Source: Octopus vulgaris (lineage: Eukaryota). Taken from it: 64,000 bases of DNA. The notes beneath the pieces were generated by a model, which saw nothing but the letters and a program-made list of their open reading frames with translations, ran no database searches and was not told the origin of the DNA. A program made the translations under genes and the position numbers. Location of the stretch: assembly GCA_951406725.2 (NCBI GenBank), contig OX597829.1, positions 26,288,001 through 26,352,000 on the forward strand, given 5' to 3'. How positions within the stretch are numbered: the stretch's first letter is position 1; each line of letters opens with the position of its first letter. This document shows, in pieces, positions 13,446-25,902 of this stretch.

Positions 13446-14666
13446 CAGTGTGTGTTGTAAAGAATACTTAATTATTTAAATAAGTTTATTTTATTACATT
13501 TAGTTTGAAATTGCACAAAAATAATTAAAATGTGCTGCTCAACATTCAATTGTTCATGTACACACAATTGTTTGTTTATATTCAGCGAGTAAAATGTTTC
13601 AACATGGCAGCTAACAGGTAAAGTGAGATTGTAGCTCTGAAAAAAAGCAGGACATAGCATCAAAGATGTGGCTTCAAGGATTGGTGCTGATCCCAAAACA
13701 GTCTATAATGTTATGAAACACCACTGAGAGACAGGTTCAATCAATAGCAAGCCCATTCTTGGTCACAAATAATCTGTAAGGATGAAACTATTGGTGGATG
13801 TTGTCCAAAAGAAAGTGTCGTGAAACCCACAGTAGAACAGAAGACATGGTTAAAAGTCTTGATATCTCCCAGACAATCATATGACAAGTCATGCATGACG
13901 ACTTAAATTGTAAGTCATTAAAACTGCAATGTCGACACCTAATTTTGGCCGTTTCCAAAGCAACCGGACAGGTGCAAGAAAATGGCAGAGGAGATTTAGA
14001 GCACTGGTGACAATGTCTTCATCTAGTCAGACAAAACGATGTTAACTGTGGAGGCTGTAGTGAACACCCAGAATAACAGGATTTGGGCCATGAGGTTGGA
14101 TGTTGTCCCTGAAGGTGCCTGCAAGGTGTGTCACCGAATGAAGCCTGTTCGAGTGATGGTTTGGCTGGCAGTGTCATCCAACGGTGGAAAATTTCCTCTG
14201 ATATTCATTAGAGGGAACAAAGGTCAATTTGGCAATAATTATGTGTTTATGCAAGACAGCGCTCCTTCTCATATGCCTTATGTGACACAGCAGTGGAGCA
14301 AGAGCCATTTCACAAGGTTCTGGGACAAGAATGTGTGCTCCCTGCCCCAGCCCAGATGTCAACCCTATGAACTATTCTAGAAAGTGACATTTCAAGAGTT
14401 TCCTACAAAAATATCACTGCTCTGAAGAAAGCCTTAGTCATGTCATGAGATCATTTAATCGAAGAAGTCATCTGGTGTTCCTGTGATTCTGTTCTTGGCT
14501 GTCTTCGGGTGATTATGAAGGTTAAAGACAAACATATTGAATGAAATGTATCTTAATACATTACCCGGCCATATGTAATTAAATTCTATAGAACTCGTGT
14601 GTTTTTATGCTCTTTACTAAAAATTATAACTAAATCTCAATCAGTAATTCTTTACAGCACACCCTG
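13446..14666 (+). mobile_element. Tc1/mariner transposon (maT/DD37D-like), full length, inactivated
   Basis: TIRs CAGTGTGTGTTGTAAAGAATACT and AGTAATTCTTTACAGCACACCCTG followed by TA; remnants LTVEAVVNTQNNRIWA, VMVWLAVS, VFMQDSAPSH. Confidence 0.85.
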
Positions 14667-15559
14667 TATATTAACCAACTTTAAGTTTTACTCTCTCTCT
14701 CATATATCAAAGTACGTGTATGTCCTTGTGTATACATATAATAGTATAATAAAAGAAGCTGTTTATTAATTAATTGAAATTATGTAAGTTTTACTAAAAG
14801 AAAGCAATTATCAAAATTTAAATTTATTTTTATTCTCAAGTATCGTATTCAATTGTTTTTATTAAAATATTTTTATTCACTGCAACATGCATCTCTCTCT
14901 CTCTTCCACTATTTAATTATTTCCATTAAAAATGTGACTACACAGATTTTCTTTGAGATACTTTGACAATATTTATGTCGATTCAATTCTTTTCACTAAA
15001 AATGAATATAGTTTTTCTTTTTAGATACTTCAAGAATATTTGTGAGAATTTTTACTCTATGTCAATCCTTTCAAAATTACTTTGAATTTTATTTAGTGAC
15101 AAGAAAACAAAGTGTGTTAATTATGGTCTGTTGAATAATGAACGATTTAGATTATTTACTACTTCAATTTGCTCCTTACTGATATTTTTTCAATGTCTTC
15201 TTTTGTCTTTGCCTTTTCTTTCACCCCAAAACTTCATTCATAACCCTTGGTCAGCCATTTCATTTAATATTTTTGTCTGTCCACATCCCAGTACATTGTC
15301 TTTTTCACTTTGTTTCCTTGCAATACTTTGTCTTTCTTTCTCTATCTTGCTCTCTACTCCCTCTATTCAACTGTTTTCACTAAAAATAAGTAACTACAAG
15401 GTTTTTCTTTGAGATACCTTCAAATATTTGGGAAAATTTTTTATGTTATATCTATCATAGTGAAACAATTTATCAGATATCAGACGATATTTGAAAAAAA
15501 AAAAACCAACATTTGCACAGATATATAATGCAAAAAATATAATATGAAAACAATGTAAA

Positions 15560-17035
15560 AAAAATACTAAGTGTGGTGGGTTGATGGAAACTGGAGGGGT
15601 AAAAAAAAAAAAAGGTAACATCTACTTTCTGAGTATACACTCTTCTTCTGAAGAATAGATGAGGAGGGAAAAAAAACAGAGGAATAGAGACTTAAGTGTA
15701 TACAATTGTTGTGGCATGCTGAAATGGTCGAATGTGGTAAAGTGGTTACTTTTGGCAACTATGAACCTGGTGTATGTGTGCTTGCTTACACTTTGTATGT
15801 ATGTATGAGGCTGTTGTGTGTGTCATACTAGATGTGTCTAGGTGGAGTAGAAGTGCCAGAAGTATGTGTGTTTATATACTGATGTTAGTAAGTATGCATA
15901 TGAGTAGCATGTGAGATTGTAATTGAAGTGTGAGTGCTAGTGTGTGTGAAATAGATAAGTGTGCATGTAGTAGCAAGTGCATGAGTGTATTGTTTAATCA
16001 TGTTAGTATGTATAGTGTACAGTATTTTGTTAAATGGTGCACTGTAGGTGTCTTATGGGGTTTAAGGGACTGTGGGAATGTAAGAGATAGCTGGCAGGTG
16101 TGGGTGTGAAGGGGAAAAGAAGAAGGGATAAATGAAAAAGTGCTGGGAATTTAGACAGTTGGGGACCAAAGTCTATGCCAGCCAAGTGAAAGTGGCACAA
16201 AACTGAGGTATCATTACCAAGTCTTATGGTAAAACAGTCGTCCAGGCATTAACAAATTTCTCCTATGTAAGAGTGCAGAGGATGCAGTAACTAAGATTAC
16301 TAGATCTACATGAGGAGTCAGTGTTATGAAAAGAGTGATGGTGTGTACCAGTGAAGACAGTAGTGTTGGAGATGGAACATGTGTAACAGCATGGGCAACA
16401 GCAAGGGAAGGAGCAATGTTCTGTTGCTGGGAGCGAGGAAAGAGCCAAGGACTAGTAAGTCGTGTAGGTTGGGGAAAATGTGAGATGTGGCCGGGTCAGA
16501 TTGAAAGTATGCAGAAAGAACATAAAATAGTGTTGGCAGGGTACTGTGGGGGGGGGATAAGTAAGGGGGGAAAGGAGAGGCAGGTAAGGATGGGATGAGC
16601 ATGGGGAGAGAGGACAATCAACAGACCAAGCATGGATGAGGATAGCTTGGATTATAATGGAAGGATATCCTTATTGGTTGAAGTGGCAGGCTATGAGTTG
16701 GGATTGCATCCCAAAATCATGGTCACCATTACAGAGCCAATGGAGGCAGAGGAAGTGAGAGCAGGAGATGGACAGTTTCGTGTAGGTATCTATAGGACTG
16801 TAGGGGATAGAAGTAGAGAGGGAGGAGTGGTTAAAGGAAATGAAAACACCAAGGAAGTTAACAAAGGTGTCAGAGACAGAACAGGAGAATTCAAGGGTGG
16901 AGTGAAAGGACTGGATAAATGAGAGGAAGGAGTTAAGTTGATTGCAGGAGGATAAAGTCACACTAATACAACAGTAGATGTAATGACCATATAGCTCAGG
17001 AGTGAGGCTGGTGAACTGTGAGAATATTCAGGCCT
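15560..17035 (-). mobile_element. Penelope-like element (Neptune-like) 3' portion, decayed
   Basis: LNSFLSFIQSFHSTLEFS...VNFLGV...LSTSI; SSNLSYCILCTL at the GIY-YIG start; degenerate HHR (CAGAAGA-A-GAGT..ACTC-AGAAA) at ~15619-15655. Confidence 0.65.
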
Positions 17036-17411
17036 AAACGCAATCAATAATATTCCCATAAAAGAATAAATGTATATACACACATGCTTATGTATATATA
17101 CATTGGCAGAAATGTGGTCAAAAACCATTCGGAGGGCAGTGTTTCTGCTAGTATATATAAATTTACATAACTGCTCCTCCTGCTAAGTTGTAAAAACTAG
17201 AAATACTGTGATATTCCAGTTGCTAAGCTGCATTACTTTTGAGAGCTTGCCTGAAAAATGCATGTAGTTTACATAAAAAAATATGTCCTATCATATGAAT
17301 TAATTTATAATCATGAAATGTATTTCCCATGCTCTGTAGAAATGACTATAATTAAAGATAAAAACCATAAATTCCAGTCTTTGATTATATATATATATAT
17401 ACACATACATA

Positions 17412-17629
17412 CAAGGGGGTGCTGAAAAGTTCTTGGCTTCAAGAGTATCACAAAAGGTCTGGTTGGGGGCCCAAAATTCTGAGTTCTTTTACAGGGCTTA
17501 GAAAAACTAAAGGACTGCTGCAATAAGTGAGTAAATCTGAGAGGGGAATATGTTAAATAAAATCATAATTAATAGATCCACCTGTATTTTCTTTTATCCA
17601 AAGATAGGAACTTTTCAGAACACCCTCTG
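17412..17629 (+). mobile_element. Internally deleted mariner (MITE-like)
   Basis: TIRs CAAGGGGGTGCTGAAAAGTTCTT and AGGAACTTTTCAGAACACCCTC; residual transposase C-terminus EKLKDCCNK*VNLRGEYVK*. Confidence 0.75.
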
Positions 17630-18074
17630 TGTGTGTGTGTGTGTGTGTATAGGTTTGTGGACACAAAAGAAAATAGAACTCAAAAAACACGAGTACATAA
17701 GATTTTTTTTATTTATTATGAATTGGTTAAAAGTTACACAGTGACTAAAAGGCCAAGTTCTGTACAACTGAAACCAGTTTGATAAAAGCCAATGCATGAA
17801 ACTTACATCTTGAGTCACTCAAACTTCTGCTGATATATATATTATATAAGGCTATTTGAACTATCCTATTTGAACAGCCAGCCTTCAGCTAAACAACTGC
17901 TACATTTGATGATGTAGTCCTCCAAACACATAACCACGAATGAAAAAGTATATCCGGAGTGGATTGTCATGGTCGGAAAGTATTGTCACCTATGGTTTCT
18001 TTCATCGGGTAAAAAAAAAAAGCCTCAAGACTAGGGTAATTACTCTGCTATAATAAAAACTAATTACAAATATT

Positions 18075-19695
18075 TGGTAGTGTTAAGCATGGATGGACTC
18101 CTTCATGATTTTACTTTCTCTTTGACATACCTGGAGTTCGAACACCGATAACGAGACAAAAACTGCATATATATGGAAGCAAGTCGACCGTGAGGCAGAA
18201 ACGAGAAGGGAGGTGTGTTGAAAATGCCATTTAAAAAGATACAAGAAAAAAAGAAGAAATAGATCGTGTTAGATGTGGATGAACTCCTTTGGAGATCCTA
18301 CTTTCTCACAGAAACCTTGGGGCTTGAATTCCTACAAGACAAAAACTGTTTATATATGTAAACAGGACGTCTTAAATTTGTATCTTAAGATATAAACACA
18401 ACTTGACATGGGACGTGTTAGGTATGGATGAACTCCTTACAGATCCGACATTCTCACTGAGGGGTAACCTGGGGTTTGAACTCCGACATTGAGAAAAAAA
18501 CTGCCTATATTTGTAGCCAGGTCGACATGGCGAAGCAAAACTGTGGAGGGAATTGTGTTAATTCTACCCCCTTAAAAAGATATAAAAATATAATAAAACA
18601 GGACGTGTTAGGCATGGATGGACTCCTCAGAAATCCTACTTTCTCATAGACGATAAACCAGCGGATTGAACACGCACAATGAGAAAAATCTGCTTTTATA
18701 TGTAGGCAAGTCGACCTTCGGACGAGGAAATAAATTACCAAAAATAAGAAATGAGGTTTATTATATCCGCCCCCTAAAAAAAAGTATAAACACAGCATGA
18801 AGCAGGATGTGTTGGACATGGATGGATTTCTAAGAGATTCTACTTTCTCATTGAGAGTAGACCAGGGGTTTAAACTCCATCAAGAAGAGATAGGAGTTCA
18901 TATGTCCAGTCGACGACCTTCGGGCGAATTAAAAACGAGAGGGAGTAGTGTAAAAAGTGATCCAAGAAGATATAAACAGGAAACAAAATAGGTGGTGTTT
19001 GGCAGAGATGGACTCCTCAAATCAGCTACTTTCTCCATAACTCAAAAACCGGCGTTAAAACTCCATCAAAAAGAAGAAACCTGCATTCATTTGCAGGCTG
19101 GCCGACCTTCGGACGAAGGAAAAAAAAATGAAAAGGTGTATTAAAAGTAACCCTTAAAAAGATATATACACAAGATGAAATACATCGTGTTAGGTATGAA
19201 TGGACTCCTTAAGGCCTCTACATCCTCACTGACCTCAAATCCGGAGTTAAACACACCATAAAAATAGAGAAAACTGCATTTATTTACACGCACGTCGACC
19301 TCATTAAGGCAAAATTAAAAGGGGTGTGTGTTAAAAGTGGCACCTAAAAATATACAAAAACTGGACAAAATACGTTGTATTAAGTACTGAGGGACTCTTT
19401 AGGGTCCTTACTTTCTTTCTTACCTCAAGACGGGGTGAAAATCCCCATCAAAATCCAGAAGACTGCATTCTTTTACAGGCACGTCAACTTTCGGACGATG
19501 AAAAAAAAGAGAGTGAGGTGTGCAAAAAGTGACCTCTAAAATATACAAAAGCAAAACGAAATACATCGTCTTGGACATGAATGGACACTTTAGGGTTTCT
19601 ACTTTCTCGCTGACCTTATGCCAGGTTCGAAGTCTCTAGTAAAACCTCGCAAACTGCATTCATTTACACACACGTCGACCCCATTACGGGACGAA
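18075..19695. repeat. Diverged tandem array, 9 units of ~191 bp
   Basis: GGACTCCT-like anchor at ~18095, 18281, 18430, 18620, 18823, 19011, 19202, 19392, 19583; GTCGAC-like anchor at 18183, 18521, 18710, 18909, 19101, 19294, 19483, 19674. Confidence 0.92.
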
Positions 19696-19815
19696 TCTAG
19701 CACAAAATACGCTTAAAGTGGTTGAAAAAAGGGCAAAAAACAAAATTAAGACACAAAAAAAGAGGCAAATGCATCAAAATATATAAAATATGGAAGCCCT
19801 AAATAGTTTACTTAC

Positions 19816-19902
19816 CGAATCTGTGGTTAATTTGGGATCCAGTGAAGCAGAAAGACGGGTTTTCGTAGCTAACTTCTTCCCCAAACGGGATGAAGCCGCC
19901 AT
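19816..19902 (-). CDS. Putative first coding exon of an unidentified host gene (MAASSRLGKKLATKTRLSASLDPKLTTDS)
   Basis: AAAATGGCGG start context, 29 open codons, consensus donor G|GTAAGT (phase 0), non-repetitive and CpG-retaining context. Downstream exons not identified. Confidence 0.7.
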
Positions 19903-19940
19903 TTTCCTGCTACGCAATTGACATCGGTTGTCACGTGATT
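19895..19940 (-). promoter_or_regulatory. Housekeeping-type promoter: YY1-like motif over the ATG plus an extended E-box
   Basis: GCCGCCATTTT at 19895-19905; GTCACGTGA at 19930-19938. Confidence 0.55.
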
Positions 19941-20017
19941 AGATGAGTATAAGTGTGAGTAGAAGGTTGTCGCTCAGTGCCATATATTAAAATAGAGAGG
20001 GACGGGGGGGAAAGTGG

Positions 20018-20663
<646 letters not shown>

Positions 20664-20664
20664 T

Positions 20665-23032
20665 TGTACCATAACGGCAGCGGAAGTGCGGGACGCGATA
20701 GCAGAATGCTCGAGGGACAAATCGCCGGGTTTGGATGGTCTACCCTACGAGCTTTACAGTTGTATGCCAGCCTTGTTTGAAGACGTCTTGGCAGCAAAGT
20801 GGGAGCATCCCCGGTTTTGTGAGTCGAGGAGCCGTAACGCTGCTGAAGAAAGATCCAAACAAGGGGGCGGGGCGTAATAGATAACTTTAGGCCCATCACT
20901 CTGCTCAATGCAGACTTGAAAATTTTGGCCAAGAGATTGGCGCTTGTCATCAAGAAACTGGTCGACAAGGCGCAAACGTGCGCCGTGCCGGGCCGGAGCA
21001 TCCATGACAACCTCCATCTGATGCGCAACATCATAGACTGGGTAGTTAAGGAACCTGGCATGGATGGGGTTCTGATCAATTTGGATCAATCGAAAGCTTT
21101 CGATAGGGTAGACCATCGATACTTGGAGGCTGTCCTCATAGTGGCCGGTTTCGGTCCCGTCTTCCGCGGCTGGATAGCTGCTTCGTACAGAGGCATCCGT
21201 TCGGTAATTCGCGTAAATGGACATCTATCGAGACTTTTAGACATTGCATGTTCGGTCCGTCAGGGATGCTCACTCTCGTCGCTTCTGTACGTATTGACTC
21301 TCGAGCCACTACTGCGGAAGCTGACGACTTTCAGGGGCATCCCGCAAGAATTGGGTTGCGGGACGAGCGTGTCTGCATACACGGACGACGTCACCGTCGT
21401 AGTATCTAACCAAACGTACATCAAGCTGGTCGGCGAGACACTGAAAGACTACGAAACAGTAACAGGAGCAAAAATCAACCGGGAAAAGTCAGTAGGCTTG
21501 CGGCTCAGCACCTGGAGAAGCAAGCCCATGCCGTCCACCGGTGCCTCCGTCGTGGGACGCTGGACCGACAGTCCGGTCGAGTTGCTCGGGGTCTGGTTTG
21601 GTCCGGACCTCCAAATGGAGAAGAACTGGGACGAGATAACGAGTAGGGTGGTCACTCTCGTCCGGCAATGGGCCGAGAGGAAGCTGTCCCTAAAAGGTCG
21701 AGCAAAGGTTGCGAACACGTACATCGCGTCCGTCATTTACTACCACCTGACCGCCCTACCATCACCAAACTAGAACGCATTCTCTTCCGCTTCTTGTGGA
21801 AAGGATGCGTTCCAATGGTCAGGTGATCCATTTGCTGTCAATACCCGTTAAAAGGAGGGCTGGGCATGCCGTAGTTGATGATGCGCAGACACGCGCTGAG
21901 ACTGCGACATCTCCAACTCTACGTAGACGACGGTGAACAGGTATGGTCGCCGTTTGTGAGGCACACTTTCCCGCAGCTCGTCGCCATGACCGAACTGCAG
22001 TCGTGGATCAAAAAGAGGCCGAGGAAGGGCGAATGGCACCGCGAGTATCGCGTTGCTCTCAAGCAACTATGCCGTCCCGGGTCGACCTTAAGCGACTTCA
22101 ACACAACCAAAGCATTCTATAGGAGATTATTGGAGGGGAGGTACGTTGACGATCTCCGGGCGAACCTGGACGTCGATGAGGAATACCTGACCCGCTTGTT
22201 CAAGACAACTTTCGGGCCGGGACCTATGGACAACTTCCAGAGATCCCTGGCCTGTCAGTGCTATCGAGAAGCGCTACCCATTCGGGATAAGCTCTACATA
22301 TATGGCTCGAGAAACACGGGGCCGACCTGTCCGAGATGCGGTCAGAGCGACGAAACCGTCCTGCACGCACACGTACAGTGTCCAACCATTTCCGACCTGT
22401 AGGCCTATGTCGAACGACTGCTATCGCGTGTGGGACAAGTCAGTTTATCAACCGAGTCTTTCGTGAATTTTGTCGCGCCTCCTTCCTTGAAAGAGCTTTT
22501 TCATCGTACTTGTGGCTATGACGAAAGAATGTATATGATGGACGCGTCTGAAAGGCCTAGAGACAAACACTTTTCTCTCTGGTCAATCTCTCATCAACTT
22601 CTTCAAGTATCAATTGAAGAGGAAGGTGAGAGTAGAGAGGGAAGTTTTGTCTAGTGAATGCTTCAAAAAAGATGGGTGAATGTAGCAAGAATGGTACGTG
22701 TGAATGACGGAGCCAGTTTGAGCATAATCCTATGGACCAAAAGAAAAAAACAAAACGAAAGGAAAAAAGAGAGCCACTTACTGTAATCTGTTTTCTTTTT
22801 GCATGATACTATTGCCCAAGGTTCCCGTAGTCTTTTCCGTAGGCTTTTCTATCAACGGACAAACCTAATCTGTTTTCCCTTTTTGCATTGACTTTCTATG
22901 ATACACGATCCCTATTGATCGGCCCCACTTTTATTTTTCACGATCCCTTTTGATCGGAATTCGCCCCCCCCCCTTAAGCTCTAGTTTGTATTTTATCCCT
23001 TCTAAGTTCAGCCCTGCGTGGCCAATAAAGAA

Positions 23033-23033
<1 letters not shown>
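20665..23033 (+). mobile_element. Tx1/L1-clade LINE ORF2 3' part (RT plus CCHC), 5'-truncated
   Basis: KSPGLDGLPYELY, NFRPITLLNADLKILAK, LDQSKAFDRVDH, SVRQGCSLS, AYTDDV, KGGLGMP, CPRCGQSDETVLHAHVQC; AATAAA at 23024 followed by (TCTA)n. Confidence 0.92.
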
Positions 23034-23097
<64 letters not shown>

Positions 23098-23209
23098 CCT
23101 ATCAATTTATTTATTTATTTAGCTGTGTCAGAGTGTCTATCTATATTTAGCCATCTATTTATCACTCCCTCTATCTATTTATTTATCAAACTATCTATCC
23201 ATCTATCTA

Positions 23210-24775
23210 TCCGCTCAGTCGAAGTCGACTCTCGGTTATTAGATGGATCAGTGTTCTCCAGCCAGTTCCATCCTGGGCCTATTCTTTCAGATTGGCTATG
23301 ACCATTCCCGTGTCACTCTTGATGGTGTCAAGCCAGCGGGTTCTTGGTCGGCCTCTTCCTCTCTTGCCACTGACCATTCCGAGCATGATGTCCTTCTCCA
23401 GGGATTTTCTCCACATAATATAACCAAAATATGCCAATCTATGCTTGGTGATCCTAGCTTCCAGCGACAGATTCGGCTTGATCTGGTTAAGAACTTCTCC
23501 ATTGGTGAGCCTCGCTGTCCATGGAATCCGTAGAAGTATTCTCCAACACCAAAACTCGAATGCATTAATTCTCTTCTGGTCAGCTTTCTTTAGTGTCCAG
23601 GTCTCGCATCCATATGTTGCTATTGGGAAGACGATTGCATTCACCAATCTGCATTTGGTAGCGAGGCGGATGTCTCTACTCTTCCAGACCTTGCTCATGC
23701 TGACCATTGCCTCTCCGCCTTGTACTATCCGCCGCCTTATTTCTGGAGTGCAGTTACCATCACGATTTATTTTGGAGCCAAGGAAGATGAAATCAGCAAC
23801 CACTTCGATCTCTTCATTATCGATCTTGATACTGATGTTTGTTGTGGCTGCTGTTGACATGATCGTTTTCTTAACATTGAGGTACAGCCCAAATTCTCAC
23901 ACTCTTTCTTGACTAGTAGGATAAGATTCTCTAGATCCTTATTTTCTGCCAGCAGCGTTGTATCATCTGCATAGCGAAGGTTATTAATATTTCTTTCTCT
24001 AATCCTCATTCCAATGCTGCTATCCTCCAGGCCTGCATTCCTCATGACCTTTTCAGCGTACATGTTGAAGGCTGCTGGTGACAGGATGCAACCTTGCCGA
24101 GTGCCTTTTCCAATCTCAAACCAATCAGTGTCGCCATATGGTGTCCGTACTGTAGTCACTTGATTTCGATAGAGTGATCTAATAAGCTGGACAAGGTGTA
24201 AAGGTGTTCCCATTTTCTTCAGACATTTCCATACCTTGTCATGATCAATGCTGTCAAAGGCTTTGGAGTAATCGATAAAACACATGTACAGCTTCTGTTG
24301 GTATTCTCTTGCCTTTTCCATAATCCACCGTAGGTTGGCGATGTGATCGCGGGTGCCTCTTCCATTTCTGAAACCAGCTTGCACTTCTGGCAATTCTCTC
24401 TCAATAGTTGTGTTCAGGCGCTTCTGGATGATTTTAAAGAGAATTTTGCTTACATGGGGGATCAGGGTGATGGTACGGGTCTTCTTTACATGTTGGTAAA
24501 GTTCTCTCATGTTCCCTTTCCTATATGCCACCTCTGCCCTTGCACATTCCTCATTCCAGTATTTCTCTTTGTCCTTCCTGGCCGCCTGTTGGAACATTGC
24601 ATTCAGGCGCCGCATTTCATCCCTGCTTCTGGTCACCTTTGCTCTCCTTCTTTCTTCTGCTATTGCAATAGTCTCCTCCAAAATCCACTTTGCTGATCGT
24701 GTGGGTTTCTTGTACAGAACATGTTTCTCTGCTGTTTCAACGACAATTTCCTTCACATTCTCCCATATTTCTTCT
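23210..24775 (-). mobile_element. RTE (BovB-like) LINE RT and 3' end
   Basis: QAGFRNGRGTRDHIANLRWI, FIDYSKAFDS, RQGCILSP, NLRYADDTTL, TYGCETWT, RGRPRTRWLD. Confidence 0.93.
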
Positions 24776-24948
24776 ATCAAACTATCAAACTATTTATCTA
24801 TCCATCTATGTATCTCCCTTTCACACACGCACTCTCTCACTCTCTCTCTCTCTACATCCTTCTCTATCCATCTTCTATCAATCTGACACTCGGTCTGTCT
24901 CTTGGTCTTGCTGTCCATCTGTATGCTGTCTACTTCATTTTTTGTCTG

Positions 24949-25014
<66 letters not shown>

Positions 25015-25061
25015 CATTTATCCGTCTATCTGTCTGTCTGCCTGCCTGCCTGTCTGTCTGT

Positions 25062-25198
25062 CACCCCAATTTTTTTCCACGATCCCTTTTGATCGGAATT
25101 CGACCCTTTTTTTCTTTCCTCCTCTTCTTCCCCAAAAGAAAAGCTCTACTTTGTATTTTGTCTCGTCTGTCTTCAGCCCTGCGTGGCCAATAAAGAAA
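25062..25198 (+). mobile_element. Second 3'-terminal fragment of the Tx1-like LINE
   Basis: CACGATCCCTTTTGATCGGAATTCG...TTCAGCCCTGCGTGGCCAATAAAGAAATC matches 22939-23035. Confidence 0.85.
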
Positions 25199-25352
25199 TC
25201 TTTCTATCTGTCTGTTTGTCTGTCCACCCGTCTATCCATCCTTCTTCCGTCTAGGTTAAGGAAAATAACTCTGGGAATATATTATGAGTAGCTTCCCTTG
25301 ACAACCAGGGCGAGGTTCTTTTAGTTGTTTTAAAGTGTCTTTTCGTTTTTGT

Positions 25353-25456
25353 ATGAACAACAATATGATATTGAGGGCACTTGGCAGTCGCTTTTACGAA
25401 ATACTTCTCAAAGTGCCCTTCATCTTATATGAAAATTCAAATTTGTGGTCGCTTAG
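25353..25456 (+). CDS. Possible first exon of a divergent plus-strand gene (MNNNMILRALGSRFYEILLKVPF...)
   Basis: Open frame from ATG to AG|GTATTA in apparently unique sequence; no downstream exon found. Confidence 0.2.
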
Positions 25457-25902
25457 GTATTATCTGTAACAGTATGTGAAACCTCCAAAAGTACAATTTT
25501 TAATGCTTCATAAAATTTTGTTAAATTTTGTAGAGAATATTCAATTATTTCTATTATGAAGGGTACTTTAAAAACATTTACATAGAAAAATTGTCCGATA
25601 GGTGGTTTCACAACATGCTAGAAAAAACAGGTAGATGCTCTCAAATTTACGTTTATATATATAATGATATGTAATTGTATGATCCAAGAATCTAGGTGTA
25701 GGAGGTCTGTAGCAGGTATAATTCTTTTATAGTTCACATTAGCAACTTGGGTTGCTATGAATGTGAATAAAAATCCAAAGTCCCTCAATTTGGATTTAAA
25801 TGTATATATGTGTATGTTTATATATATATATATATATTGATAGAAATGGTAAGACAACAAAAGAATGAAAGAGACCTCAATATTATGTAAATAGAGGAAT
25901 TT

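Noticed and set aside
17807-17829. Minus-strand micro-exon with a GTAAGT donor as exon 2
   Set aside because: It has an in-frame TGA when joined in phase 0 to exon 1.
18075-19695. CRISPR-like or tRNA-gene-cluster reading of the array
   Set aside because: Whole units are homologous, with no identical repeats or unique spacers; the context is eukaryotic; no cloverleaf or terminator is visible.
19816-19902. Assigning a gene name to the first exon
   Set aside because: Twenty-nine residues with no recognisable domain; any name would be a guess.
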